Positions 1 through 12,880 of a stretch of 64,000 nucleotides of DNA are shown here, one piece after another (position 1 is the stretch's first letter; each line of letters begins with the position of its first letter). The notes beneath the pieces were generated by a model. It was given only the letters and a program-made list of their open reading frames with translations, was not told the origin of the DNA and searched no databases. Both the position numbers and the translations under genes were made by a program. This DNA is from Octopus vulgaris (Eukaryota): contig OX597839.1 in assembly GCA_951406725.2 (NCBI GenBank), forward strand, positions 37,448,001-37,512,000. Direction: 5' to 3'.

Positions 1-136
1 GTAACTGTTGCTGCCGTGGTTGCTGTTGTTGCAGCTGCTGCTACTACTGCCGCTGCTGCTGGTTTTGCAGTTTAGTTCCTCTTCAGTTCTAATCAAGAGG
101 ATATACTTGGGTATTTTTCTCTCTCTTATTCCTTAC

Positions 137-353
137 TTAAACCTTTAGTATTTAACCCGGCCAAAATAGTTAATCTGTTTTATGTTCAAACTGATCAGAT
201 CCAGGCCCTCACACCTAACCTACAATGTTATTCTACATTAAGTAATTACACCATCAAGATCTTGAAGATATGAGAAAATGCACGATTAATTCAAATCAAT
301 GGGAATCAATAAGCATTATGTTTGATAGAATAATCTGAACACTAAAGGGTTAA
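137..353. mobile_element. Degenerate piggyBac-like MITE
   Basis: TTAA-ACCTTTAG ... CTAAAGGG-TTAA termini. Confidence 0.45.
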
Positions 354-847
354 ACCTTTAGCATTCAGATTACCTTGAATTAATGAGACATTATCTTTTA
401 ACTTCAAGATTTTGATAATGTAACTGCTTATTTTTAGAATGACATTGTAGGACAGGTGTGAGAGACTGGACCTGGCCATTTTAAACATAAAATAAATAGA
501 GTAACCCCATAAACCGGCCTACACCACTATAATATATTTTCACATGTGTGTGTGTTTATAAAACATGTCCAGAGTTTTCTCCCATTCTTACTGGAATAAT
601 TAAAATAATATTAGCCACTGACCAATATATCTTTTCCTCACTGTGTAATTGCATCTAATTAAATATTTTATGTACAGTGCATTAATTATATAAACATGAA
701 CTTAGACTGTATTTTTATGCAACAATCAAAATCAAAAACACTACACCACCCATGACTTGCAGAAGCATTCTGTCATGCTCAGAATTGTAAAAATATGAAC
801 TGTAACCACCCACATCAATTATTATCTGTCAGGACACTGTACCCTTC

Positions 848-1650
848 AAGGTGGTGAGCAGGCAGAAGCGTTAGCGGGTGAAATGCTTAGCAGTATTTCG
901 TCTGCCGTTACGTTCTGAGTTCAAATTCCGCCGGAGTTGACTTTGCCTTTCATCCTTTTGGGGTCGATAAATTAAGTACCTATTTCTTTACTACCCACAA
1001 GGGGCAAAACACAGATGGGACACACAAGGACAGACAAACGAATTAAGTCGATTATGTCGACCCCAGTGTGTAACTGGTACTTTACTTAATCGACCCTGAA
1101 AGGATGAAAGGCAAAGTCTACCTCGGCAGAATATGAACTCAGAACATAGCAGGCAGACAAAATATCGCTTAGCATTTCGCCCGGCGTGCTAACGTTCTGC
1201 CAGCTCACCGCCTTAACTACCCACATCAATTATTATTTTATTAAATTAAGTACCAGTTACGCACTGGGGTCAATGTAATTGACTTAATCTCATTGTCTGT
1301 CCTTCTATATCCCCACTATGTTTAGCCCCTTTTGGGCAATAAAGAAATAAGAAACAGCTTGGGTTCTTTCCCTAACATTTATTCTGCCGAGGTCGACTTT
1401 GCCTTTCATCCTTTCAGGGTCGATTAAATAAGTACCAGTTATGCACTGCGGTCGATATAATCGACTTAATCCATTTTTCTGTCCTTGTTTGTCTCCTCTA
1501 TGTTTAGCCCCTTGTGGGTAATAAAGAAATAGGTATCTCGTTTGTCTTTGTGTTCTGAGCTCAAATTCCGCTGGGATCGACTTTGCCTTTCATCCTTTTG
1601 GAGGTCGATAGATTAAGTACCAGTGGCATACTAAGGTCGATTTAATCGAC
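848..1650. mobile_element. Cluster of MetaSINE-like SINE copies (one +, one inverted -, then tandem + pieces)
   Basis: tRNA-like head (GGCGAGCTGGCAGAA..GAGTTCAAATTC) plus the GCCTTTCATCCTTTCGGGGTCGATAAATTAAGTACCAG central domain, repeated many times across the window. Confidence 0.8.
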
Positions 1651-1996
1651 TGCCCCACCTCTACCTATACTTCACAAATTCCATATATCCCAAAATGTGT
1701 CATCTTTACTCCCCGGAAGGATGTCTGTGAAGCCTTTCTTCTTAATGGCTCTTTTAATGATCGCTTTTCTGTCTTTTTCGGTGTACTTTCGGCTTTCATA
1801 GCTGTCTTTCTTTACTTGACTCGTGCCCCTTTTCTGCCCCCGCTTATGAACCTTTTCTGACAAGTCTTACAGCACCCGAGTTCTGTATATAGAATGAGGT
1901 CATTGCTGCTGCAGCCGCAAGTGCTGCTGCCACTGCTGCTGTTGTTGTTGTTGTTCTTCTTCTTCTTCTTATTATTATTATTATTGCAGACGGATT

Positions 1997-2400
1997 GTAT
2001 AAGTACCAGGTTTTAAAAAAAATAAGCCCTGGGTTTCGATGTGTTCTACTAAAACCCTTGAAGGATGTACACCAGCATGGCCGCAGTCAAATGACTGAAA
2101 TATATAAAGGATAAAAGAAACGCGGGCGCACACACATACACGCACATACACACACATACATACACGCATATACACATACACACACACATACACGCACACA
2201 TACACCCACATACACACACACATACACACACATTGCGGCAGGCTTCCAGACAGTTTCCCGTTACCAAGTCAACTCACAGGGCATCGATTGGTCCACGGCT
2301 GTTGTAGGAAGACAACCTGGCCGAATTGCCGCATAGTGAGACCGAACCCGACACCACGTGGTTGCGAAGCAGGCTTCCTATCCACGCAGCCATGTCTGCA
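1997..2400 (-). mobile_element. CORE-like tRNA SINE (family B), diverged
   Basis: Pieces of the family seen complete at 38421-38803; the main 5' part is in reverse orientation. Confidence 0.6.
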
Positions 2401-2764
2401 TCTATGTATAACTCTCAGCCGCCTTCTGTTACATCAGAAACTTTCTACACCAATGCAGCAGGATAACCATTTATTACTCACTGAAATAATACAGACGATT
2501 ACCATCTGGTTCAGCTCATGTGTGAACAGCACAGCAAAAAAAAACCATGACTTTCATTCATAAGAATTTCTAATTCACAGGAGTTATCCCCCTTCGCAGT
2601 GCACGTAATCATGTTCGCCAAGTCACTCCGAGTTGATTGTGTGTATGTATGTACGTGTATATATGTGTGTGTAAAGACGGGTTGCCTAGTTGTTTGGTTG
2701 TTGCCTTCTTGATCGCAAGACCGCGATTTCGATTCCCAGACCGGCAGTGCATTGTGTTCCTGAG

Positions 2765-2800
<36 letters not shown>

Positions 2801-2809
2801 TATATAATA

Positions 2810-3110
2810 ATAATAATAATTGTGTACAGTGCTCAGGTGCACTACAACTCATCTAAAGTGTATATATAATCAGGTGTAGTTTCGGCGGATTTCGGAAAGC
2901 ATGAGGGCCTTAAAGGATGCAGTGTCATGGCAGTCAACAACTGGCGCAGGCAGTTTATTCCATGCTTCAGCAACTCTGAGCGTGAAGAAATGTTTCCGAA
3001 AGTCATGGGAGCTGTGTTGTTTTCTGACTTTGTAGGCATGTCCACGTGTGTTAGACACATGGAGATCAAAAAGGTGTTCAGTGTTGTTATTGGTGAGGTG
3101 GTTGACAACA
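2810..3110 (-). mobile_element. CR1-like LINE 3' fragment (family 2)
   Basis: Encodes NTRGHAYKVRK...[15 protein letters not shown], a typical CR1 ORF2 C-terminus, with an (ATT)n tail. Confidence 0.85.
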
Positions 3111-3264
3111 GGGTTCAGCAACGATTAGCTTCACCACACACCGAAGTTTTAGAAATAGCAGTCAAAATCCTAACTTACCATAAAATGGTCTTTTTTCATG
3201 CCGAATTCTACTTGGTGTAATTACTAATTATTTCTTAATTAATTAATTTCACCCTTTGTTATTA

Positions 3265-3340
<76 letters not shown>

Positions 3341-3341
<1 letters not shown>

Positions 3342-3536
3342 GTTCAGCAAAATTTAGATTCAAATGAATATGGTACTTAAGTTAGATGCACCAGAATTTT
3401 GTATGGTGTTATCCATATAAATCCATGGGGTGATTATAATCAAAATAAGCAACAAGAATATCTTTGGTAATTTGGTACGATCGTTTCATGCTACATCATT
3501 TTATTGAACATTGTAAGTATTACAACAATTTTTAGA

Positions 3537-3537
<1 letters not shown>
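3341..3537 (-). mobile_element. Short Penelope pLTR-like fragment in (TA)n with a hammerhead 3' half
   Basis: Flanked by (TA)n on both sides; minus strand GAAA-CGATCG-TA at 3487-3476. Confidence 0.5.
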
Positions 3538-3570
<33 letters not shown>

Positions 3571-3663
3571 ATATATAAACACACTTAAAAAGTAAGGAAG
3601 CGGGTTGTGACAAAGTATAGAAAACTGTGTTCACTACTGACTGTGCTACTCATACATATAAAT

Positions 3664-3722
<59 letters not shown>

Positions 3723-3839
3723 TGAAGTACTGTTTGATTTTTTTGCACCTTTGTGTACCCTTTTTATATGTAAAATACTACAATTGGCCATCATTTTTGA
3801 CAGCATGGAGCCAGGCTAGAAACAATAATAATAATAATA

Positions 3840-4508
3840 GTCCTTTCTACTATAGGCCTGAAATTTGGGGGAGGGTGCTAGTTGATTACATCAATCCCAG
3901 TGCTTAACTGGTTCTTATTTCATCAACCCCGAGAGGATGAAGAACAAAGTCAACCTCGGCGGAATTTGAACTCAGAACGTAAAGACATGTGTAATGCCAC
4001 TGAGCACTTCATCCAACGTACTAATGATTCTGCCAGCTCGCTGCCTTATTATAATGATAATAATGATTTCAAATTTTGCCACAAGGGCAGCAATTCTGGG
4101 GGCTGGGGATAGTCGATTACATCGACCCCAGTACTTGACTGGTAGTTAATTTATCGACCCTAAAAAGATAAAAGGTAAAGTTGACCCCAGCGGAATTTGA
4201 ATTCAGAATGTAGTGATGGGCGAAATACTACTAAGTATCTCACCCATCGTGCTAATGGTTCTGCCAGTTCACTGCCTTAATAATAATAACAATAATAATG
4301 ATGATAATCCTTTCTATTATAGGTTCAAGGCCTGAAATTTGGGGGAGGTGCTACTTAATTACATCCTAGTACTCAACTGGTACTTAATTTATCAACCCTG
4401 AAAGGATGAAAGGTAAAGTTGACCTTGGCAGAATTTGAACTCAGGATGTAGCGTTCAGTGAAATACAGCAAAGCATTTTGTCCAGCATGCTAATGATTCT
4501 GTCACCTT
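3840..4508 (-). mobile_element. Three tandem MetaSINE-like copies
   Basis: Three reverse-complement copies of the family A head and core, separated by (TAA)n. Confidence 0.75.
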
Positions 4509-4512
4509 AATG

Positions 4513-4563
<51 letters not shown>

Positions 4564-4590
4564 CGGATAATAATGATAAGGATAATAATG

Positions 4591-4639
<49 letters not shown>

Positions 4640-4656
4640 TAATAATGATAATAATG

Positions 4657-4706
<50 letters not shown>
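4508..4706. repeat. (TAA/TGA)n microsatellite
   Basis: Direct inspection. Confidence 0.95.
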
Positions 4707-4707
<1 letters not shown>

Positions 4708-5287
4708 GTGGGGGAGCATCATAGCCATGTGTTGAGAGGGATTCTTTGGGGTTTGAATAATTCACCTCTGGAAACATGGGTGTTTCGTTCAACATCCTTA
4801 AACAACCCTTATTCAGGAACCTTTTGAGCAGGATGAGTTACTCAACCAGAAGAAAATTCTAACTGGGCCCCACCTGCAAGGTCATGTGCTGTTTATCTCG
4901 ATATGAGATCACCATACCGCACACATATGGTTGTGATGCATGTGCCTAGTGTACCCTTATCAGACAGGTAGTCATGATGGGTATACTGGGCTTCGTATAT
5001 TTGTACCCCAGTGTCACTTTGATGGCATGCACTGCTCTCTCACTCAATAATAATAATAATAATGATAAATATAAGTTTCAGGTTTTGGTACAAGGCCAGC
5101 AATTCTTTCAGATGAGCGATTTAGTCATTTACATTGACACCCAGTGCTCAAATGGTCCTTATTTCATCAACCCTAAAAGGAGGAAAGGCACAACGATTTG
5201 AACTCAGAATACAAAGATGAACAAAACACTGCTAAACATTTTGTCTGGCATGCTAGCCATTCTGCTTGCTCACTGCCTTAGTAATAA

Positions 5288-5662
5288 CAAGAGCACTCAG
5301 AGAACGCAAACCTCTGCCAAGGCAACACCAACGTCCTCTCAATGATTAACCAGAGATGATTTTTAAAATGAGAATATCTGAAATAAACTTGATTGCTCTC
5401 ACAAACAAGAATACTAAAAGTGAACCCAACTGCTTTCAAAAATTAAGTAAAAAAACTGGAAAAATAATCCAGAATCCTTGTCCAGCACCAGATTGATCCC
5501 AAAATCTAATCAGCTCATGCCAGTCATAAGGTTAAACATCTCTGAAAGTTTCATCTGAATTCATCCGGTGGTTCTTGAGATATCTTATTTTATCTTATGG
5601 ACAGACAGACAAACAAACATGACTGAAAACAAAACCTCCACCTTCACAAGGGCGGAGGTAAA
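5288..5662. mobile_element. Non-autonomous element with subterminal ACCTC(C/T)GCC/GGCGGAGGT inverted repeats (HINE/Helentron-like)
   Basis: AACCTCTGCCAAGG near one end, an ACCTCCACC..GGCGGAGGT hairpin at the other, and an internal (GACA)/(AAAC) tract. The family assignment is inference. Confidence 0.45.
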
Positions 5663-6204
5663 AATTGTTTCAAATTTTGGCACATGGCCAACAATTCTGA
5701 GGTGGTCAGTTGAAACCATCAGCCCCAGTATTTGACTGGTATTTTATTTTATTGTTCCTGGGGGAATGAACAGCAAAATCCAGCCATGGCAGAATTTGAA
5801 CTTATGATTTAAAGATCCAGAACAGATACTGCTAAGTTTTCTATCTGACCCTCTCACACTTCTGGCTGTTCATTCTCCATACTACCAATAAGCAGTAATA
5901 TCATTGTGTCATGGTATCGACTAGACAATGGGATGTTGTTATACATCACTGGTCACAATGCACTTCACATCGTTTTAGCTTTCAAATAATTTCTTCCCAT
6001 TGACTAGGCAAGCAGGCCAATATTATCCCTGATCAGAAGTCTATTCTATCACTGGATGACCTGTTTACTGGTGAGTGGACAGAGCAACATAAAATGAAGT
6101 GTTTTGCTCAAGAACACAACATACCACCTTAGCAATGGTGAGTACAACACCCTTACTCTTAGACCATATGCTTTCACATCCAGTAATATTTTATTTTTTT
6201 TATG

Positions 6205-6505
6205 CACCCTTTTCAAGCCTAGCCAGGCTCATGGGCCCGGTTTCCCCGTTTCTATGGCGTATGTGTTCCCCCCAGCTGGATGGGACGTCAGTCCATCGCA
6301 GCGTTACTCAAAAAGCAGGAAGAAAGAGTGAGAGAAAGTTGGGGCGAAAGAGTACAACAGGGGTCGTCACCACCCCTTGCTGAAGCTTTGTGGGGCTTTC
6401 GGTGTTTTCGCTCAATAAACACACACAACGCCCGGTCTAGGAATCGAAACCGCAATCTCCGACCGCGAGTCTGCTGCTCTAACCACTGGGCCATTGCACT
6501 TCCAC
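6205..6505 (-). mobile_element. tRNA-derived SINE (head shared with 59509-59800)
   Basis: Minus strand head GCAATGGCCCAGTGGTTAGAGCAGCAGACTCGCGGTC...GGTTTCGATTCC; the body recurs at 60900-61078. Confidence 0.75.
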
Positions 6506-7060
6506 ATTCAGTAATATAGAAACAGTTGATTGTTCTCGGGTTTACTGAGAACCTATGTTTCAGAATGGGTTCGGTCAGAGTTGGCAGCTGAAATCCCAAA
6601 CTAGTATTACAAAACTAATATTAAAATCCCAGACTAATGTTACAGTGTTATCATTGTTATTATTTATGCTAACCAATCCCATCTTTTCTGTTGCGTTGTT
6701 GTATTTTGATGAATGTTTTGGCTTAAGCTTCCACATCCTGATGTTTATCAAGATTTAAATAATTAAACTTGATACTTAAATGTAGATATGTGTGTATGTA
6801 TTACCGAGATAAAGACACAATCTATATAAATTCACACAAACTTACATACATGTGCATATATATATAAATACAACTACATAATGTATATATATATATATAT
6901 GCTTTTATGTATATGAGTGTGTATGTATATATAACTACAGAGTTACATATAAATATATATATATATATGTTTATAGTTGCGTGTGTGTTTGTGTGTGTGT
7001 AGACACGTGTGTGTGTGTGTGTGTGTGCACATGTGTATGAGTGTGTGTGTGTGTGTGTGC

Positions 7061-7094
<34 letters not shown>

Positions 7095-7199
7095 TAATCA
7101 ATGAAATTCCAATTTAGTCTGATTTTCATGTTTAATTATTTGCAATTTTTACAGTTTTACAATATGGAAACAGACTAGTAGTATCATGCATAACACAAT

Positions 7200-7238
<39 letters not shown>

Positions 7239-7241
<3 letters not shown>

Positions 7242-7422
7242 ATTTTAAGCAGCAGAAAATTCAACAAAATCTGTTACTCTGAGTTTCTCGTTGCACGGTA
7301 ACGAGAAACTCAGAGTAACAGATTTTGTTGAATTTTCTGCTGCTTAAAATAAAGCATATTACTCTACCACTGGTATTTGAGTACTCTTTTTTCCACCTTG
7401 TTTCACATTTATGTGTTTACTC

Positions 7423-7424
<2 letters not shown>
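7239..7424 (+). mobile_element. Penelope pLTR-like element with a 54-bp perfect fold-back and a hammerhead 3' half
   Basis: Arms 7239-7292 and 7300-7353 with a 7-nt loop; ACG-GTAA-CGA-GAAA-CTCAGAG-TA-ACAG at 7295-7321; (TA)n on both sides. Confidence 0.65.
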
Positions 7425-7461
<37 letters not shown>

Positions 7462-7768
7462 CATATACACACACACATGAATTTTTTAAATTGATAATCA
7501 GTAGAAATTTCAGAGTGACCCAAAGGCTGAGAGTTTTGCATGTTGATAAGTGACAACACATGAAACTTCTCCATCTGCTCTGAAGTTCATGACTAGAACT
7601 GCAATTTTAAGAACTACACAGGAAACAGACTGGATTACAATGACCTATGTGGTGCTCTAAACATAACAGCAGCACTCATGCATCTTTTTATACACACACA
7701 TATACATACATACATCTCCTAATATGATACTCAGCATAGTGTTTCTATTTATTTGTGTATATATATAT

Positions 7769-7838
<70 letters not shown>

Positions 7839-8130
7839 TTCAGAATCACACTGGACGTGGAGGAGGAAAGAAAATAGTAATTCAGTGAAGGAGAAGTAGT
7901 GAGAGTAATAGCCCTGACTGAGAGGGAGTGAGAGAAAGTAATAGCAATGAGAAAAAGGATATAACAAAGAATTTATCAAAATAACTTTGTTGAACATAAA
8001 TTGTGACTAAGGTTTGGTGGAAGATTTTAATTCAAAACTTATGAAAACAAGACATTTGTACTCAGATCCAGAGCCGGTTTGAGCCCGGTTGGTAACAAAA
8101 GGATTAAGAATTGTTTCTCTATTATATATT

Positions 8131-8358
8131 TTAACCCTTTTGTTACTGTATTTATTTTGAGATGCTCTGTGTTTCTTTCAATTATTTTAGATATAACAAA
8201 GAATTTATCAAAATAACTTAGTCATCATTCAGCTAGTGTTAAGAGCTTAAATTGTGACTAAAGTTTGGTGGAAGATTTTAATTCAAAACTTATGAAAACA
8301 AGACATTTGAACTCAGAGCCAGAGCTGGTTTCAGTCGGGTTGGTAATGAAAGGGTTGA
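8131..8358. mobile_element. piggyBac-like MITE (~225 bp)
   Basis: TTAA-CCCTTT ... AAAGGG-TTGA termini. Same family as 33531-33759 and 43270-43496; a partial copy lies at 7960-8107. Confidence 0.75.
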
Positions 8359-9759
8359 ATATGTAGGAGCATGACATATAGGTTTTAACATGTAGGTAGG
8401 TGATACATAGGTTTTGAGATATGGACACATGGCACATGGTTATTAACTTAGTGGTCACATGATAGGCTCACGAAGGGCAACTACAAAGCTATTTAGTCAA
8501 ATGTGACATCTTCCCCTCTCAATTATGTTCCCGATTTACCTATTGAATAGGTATTTACTAGAAGTTTAACTAATTACAACAGTAGCAAACAGTTCAGGTG
8601 AGACTCTGGTTATTTGTCCCACTGACCTAACAGAGAAGATTCACCAAACATTTTGCTGAATAATCCTCTCTCTTTCTATATATATATATATACATATTAT
8701 AAGGAAGCACTCACACACTCAACCAGGTGTAATGTGATGCACCACTGGTCAACCACAAGTAAACAGATACAATTTAGTCATCCATAACTGTTGTTAATCA
8801 GGTGAAACAATTGACACCTTTCACTTGCAATGTTGGCGAGCTGGCAGAATCGTTAGCACGCTGGATGAAATGCTTAGCAGTATTTTGCACGTTCTGAGTT
8901 CAAATTCCGCCGAGGTCAACTTTGCTTTTCATCCTTTTGGTGTCAATAAATTAAGTACCAGTTGCATACTAGGGTCGATCTAATTGACTGGCCCCCTCCA
9001 AAATTTCCAGCCTTGTGCCTATAATAGAAAGGATTATTATTATTATTATTATTATTATTAAATGGGTTAAAGTGATATAAATTGAAACCTTCTATCAAAC
9101 TCTCTTGTTTTTTATGTTCCAAACGCAAGCTTAAAAATAGAAAAGTTCTTTTACTAAATTCTTCGTTAATTAAATGAAACACAATCAGTGTATTTCAAAA
9201 GAGAAGGGTTAAACGGATCTCAGTCAAAGCCTCACGTCAAAATTTCATCGTTAAACTCAGTTCCAAACACCAGCTTACTTACGACAAAGTTATTTTACTA
9301 AATTCTTCTTCATTATATTCAAAATTAATGTAATTCTTTCATTGACTGCATCGTTGTGAGGGGTGGGGATGGGGGTGGAGGATGAACTTTGTTGATGATA
9401 AAGGGAGGAGACAGATAGCCTTGTTTCATGGAGAAAAATCTAGATAATGCCTAGAATGTAGGTGTGTTTAGTAGTAGTAGTAGTAGTAGCAGTAGTAGTA
9501 GTGATGTATGTGTGGTGGTGGTGGTAATGTTGGTGGTAGTGGTGGTAGTGGTGGTGGTAGTAGTGGCAGTGGTCATTACAGTAGTAATAATAATAGTAGT
9601 TATGGTGTTGATAGTGGTGGTAGTGGTCACTGTGGTGTGGTGGTGGTGGTGAAGATTGAGATGTAGTAATGATGATGGTAGTAGAGGTAGCAGCAGCAGC
9701 AGAAGTAGCAGCAGCAGAAGTAGCAGCAGCAGAAGTAGCAGCAGCAACAGCAGCAGCAA

Positions 9760-9795
<36 letters not shown>

Positions 9796-11443
9796 GTGAG
9801 GTGATTGTCCCAGATTGTGTGAGCCAGAATGTAAATGTAGGGTGGATCTACAAATACGAAACTAAAAACTAAAAACTAAAAAAAAATAATAATAATAATA
9901 ATAATAATAAATCAAAAACAAAAATAAAACAAGAACAAAAATATTCAGAAAAAAACCCAAACAAACTAAGAATCAAAAAGAGAACAAATATGAAACATTA
10001 TTATGCGTTGTGTCTCTTGTTTCCTGGATTGTACAAAGTAGAAATTAAAAATGGCAAGAAATCTCAAATGTATCTGTGTATGTGTGTGTGTGTGTGTGTA
10101 TGTGTGTGAGTGTATGTGTGTGAGTGTATGTGTGTGTGTGTGTGTGTGTGAGTGTATGTGTGTGAGTGTATGTGTGTGTGTGTGTGTGTGTGAGTGTATG
10201 CAGGCATACATACAGTTATATGAATATATATATATATATATATATATACATACATGTACAAATAGACATACCTACAAGTATATCTACTTGCATACACATA
10301 CATACACGTAAAGACATTCCTACAAATATCATGGAAGCCAACTTGTGACTGAGCAAGACATCATCGTAGTCATCGTCGTTGTCATCATCATCGTTGCCAT
10401 CATCATCGTCTTCATCATCATCATCATTTCTGTGCAAGGATGGGATGAACGCAAGACATCGTTGTCATCATCATCATCGTCTTCATCATCATCATCATCA
10501 TTGCCGTCATCGTCGTCTTCATCATCATCGTCTTCATCATCATCGTCTTCATCATCTTTATCATCATCATCATTTCCATACAGGCATGGGATGAACGCAA
10601 GACATTGTCATCACCATCATCATCATTTAACACCTATTTTCCCATGCTGGCATGGGCTGGACGGCTTGACAAGAACTGGAAAAGCCTAAAGGTTGCACCA
10701 GGCTCCATAATCTGTTTCAACTTGGTTTCTACGGCAGATGCCCTTCCTAATGCCAAATACTCCACAGAGTGCATTGGGTGCTTTTTCCGTGGCATCATCA
10801 CCAGTTCTTTTTACATGGCACCAACACCCACACCGAAGCTTTTTACATGGCATCTTGGTTTCAGGACCTCAATACTGTTGTGGTGGGCCAATTCCTCATG
10901 TCAGGAAATCCATGCAAACATCATAAGAGCCCAAGAAGTTCTTGTACATGAAATTTATTTTGAGCAGATAAAGTAGATAAAGTGGATGGATAACAGGTGG
11001 ATAAAGAACGGATGAACTATGCTGAACCCACTTTCAAGCACCATCAGCTGCAAAACCAGTGGCACAACAGAGATTGAGACAACCAGAAACCCAGCTGTAC
11101 TTCAAGCTTTTCAATATGAGTTTACATTCTCAGAGAAGAAAGCTGTAATGAGGACTAGGTCTCTGTCACCCTCCAGTGGTTTTCATGCTAATCGACCCAT
11201 AGATAGGATCCCAACAAATGCAATTACTCCTGATCAGAGTTGACCATGGAACAATAATGGCTGAAAGGTGATTCCACATCCCTAAAACCCTGGAACCCTT
11301 CCACCTAGGCCCCATTACCAGATGCAGTTCAGTTTATAGTAATTTCCAGCACTTACACACACACATATATATATGTGACCGTGCGTGTTCCGTTGGCGAT
11401 TTTTTTCCTCCGTCTTCCCTTCTCTGGATCTTTCCTTTTCCTA

Positions 11444-11480
11444 TGTTTCTGATGAAGAGCTCCGCTCAAAACGTAAAACA
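11444..11480 (+). ncRNA. Minimal type I hammerhead ribozyme-like motif (core G12 appears mutated) within a short element at 11374-11580
   Basis: TGTTT-CTGATGA-A-GAGC-TCC-GCTC-AAAA-CG-TA-AAACA: 5-bp stem I, 4-bp stem II, palindromic ACGT stem III, GUA triplet. Confidence 0.6.
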
Positions 11481-12836
11481 CTCCTTCTTTCCTTCCTTCC
11501 TGAGTGTCCAATAATACTATATTTGTTCCACGTCCTCGTGTTGTTGTATTTTCTCTTTGTGTTTTCATGTTTGGATTAACTTTATATATATATATATACT
11601 CTTTTACTTGTTTTTGTCATTTGACTGCAGCCATGCTGGAGCACCGTCTTTAGGTAGAGCAAATCGACCCCAGGACTTATTCTTTGTAAGAATAATTTTA
11701 CTCAGCTGAATACATGTCATTGATTGGTTGAAATAACCGAAATAGGACAATTTTAATGGGAAATAACTTCCTAAATATAAGTTTTTCTCAAAAATGCTAA
11801 GAGTAAAAAATGTTTTATATTACACATTCTACCAGTGTCCGAAGTTTGAAAGTGTTTAGTCACAAAAAATTATTTTAAAAATCTGTCGGTCAAAAGGTAA
11901 AGATCTATTGTGTGTGTATGTGTGCTTGTGTCCCCCACAGCACCTTGCTAACTGGTGTTGGTTTGTTTACATGTTTGTAACTCAGTGGCTTTGCAAAAGA
12001 GACTTTAAAAAAATAAGTAGTACTGGGCTTGATTTGATCGACTAAACCCTTAAAGTGATACCCCAGCATGGCCGCAGTCAATTAACTAAAACAAGATGCA
12101 CGCACACACACACACACACAAACATTCACGGCCAATGGTTCTTGTCGATCATCCCCCCCCCCCCCGAAAATCTCCATCTAATTTTTGGTCAATCGAAATT
12201 TTGCGAGTTCCTTCCCTTGTAGCTTTTGAGAACAGTTGTCATTAACGCTTACGAATTATTTGCTTTTTTTTTTGTCACAATTTGAATTTGAATGAACGAA
12301 TGAAGGAACCAATAAGATGTAGAGAAGAAGAAAAAAAGGCCAAATGAATAAATAAAACAATACTAACAATAATAATTTAGAAAAGGCGGAAGATAGGGAA
12401 AGAAACAGAAATTCTTGTGGGGTGGAGGCAGGAAAAACATACCAGAAGGAAAGACGGAGATAAGTGGTCTCCACCCTTGCATTGAAATTCAATAAGTTGT
12501 GTTTGAGTCTGTGGATGAGAAAAGACAGAGAATGTTTTAGGACTTTATAGACACTTCGTTATGGCGTCCTTACTTTTAATTACATATATATACATCTATG
12601 TATAATGTATATATTGTGTATGTAATTAAAGGTATCTAATTACATTCTCTTTATGCCATTCTTCGCGTCAAATGTCGTCAGGAAAAAGGAAGAGAGAGAG
12701 AGACACATAGAAAGAGAGAGAGAGACAGATAGAAAGAGAGAGAGAAAAGAGAGAAGAAGAAGAAAATGATTGTGATGATGATGATAGTGAGAGAGGAGAG
12801 AGTAAAGGAGATATTAGAAGGGACCGAGTAGAGGAG

Positions 12837-12880
<44 letters not shown>

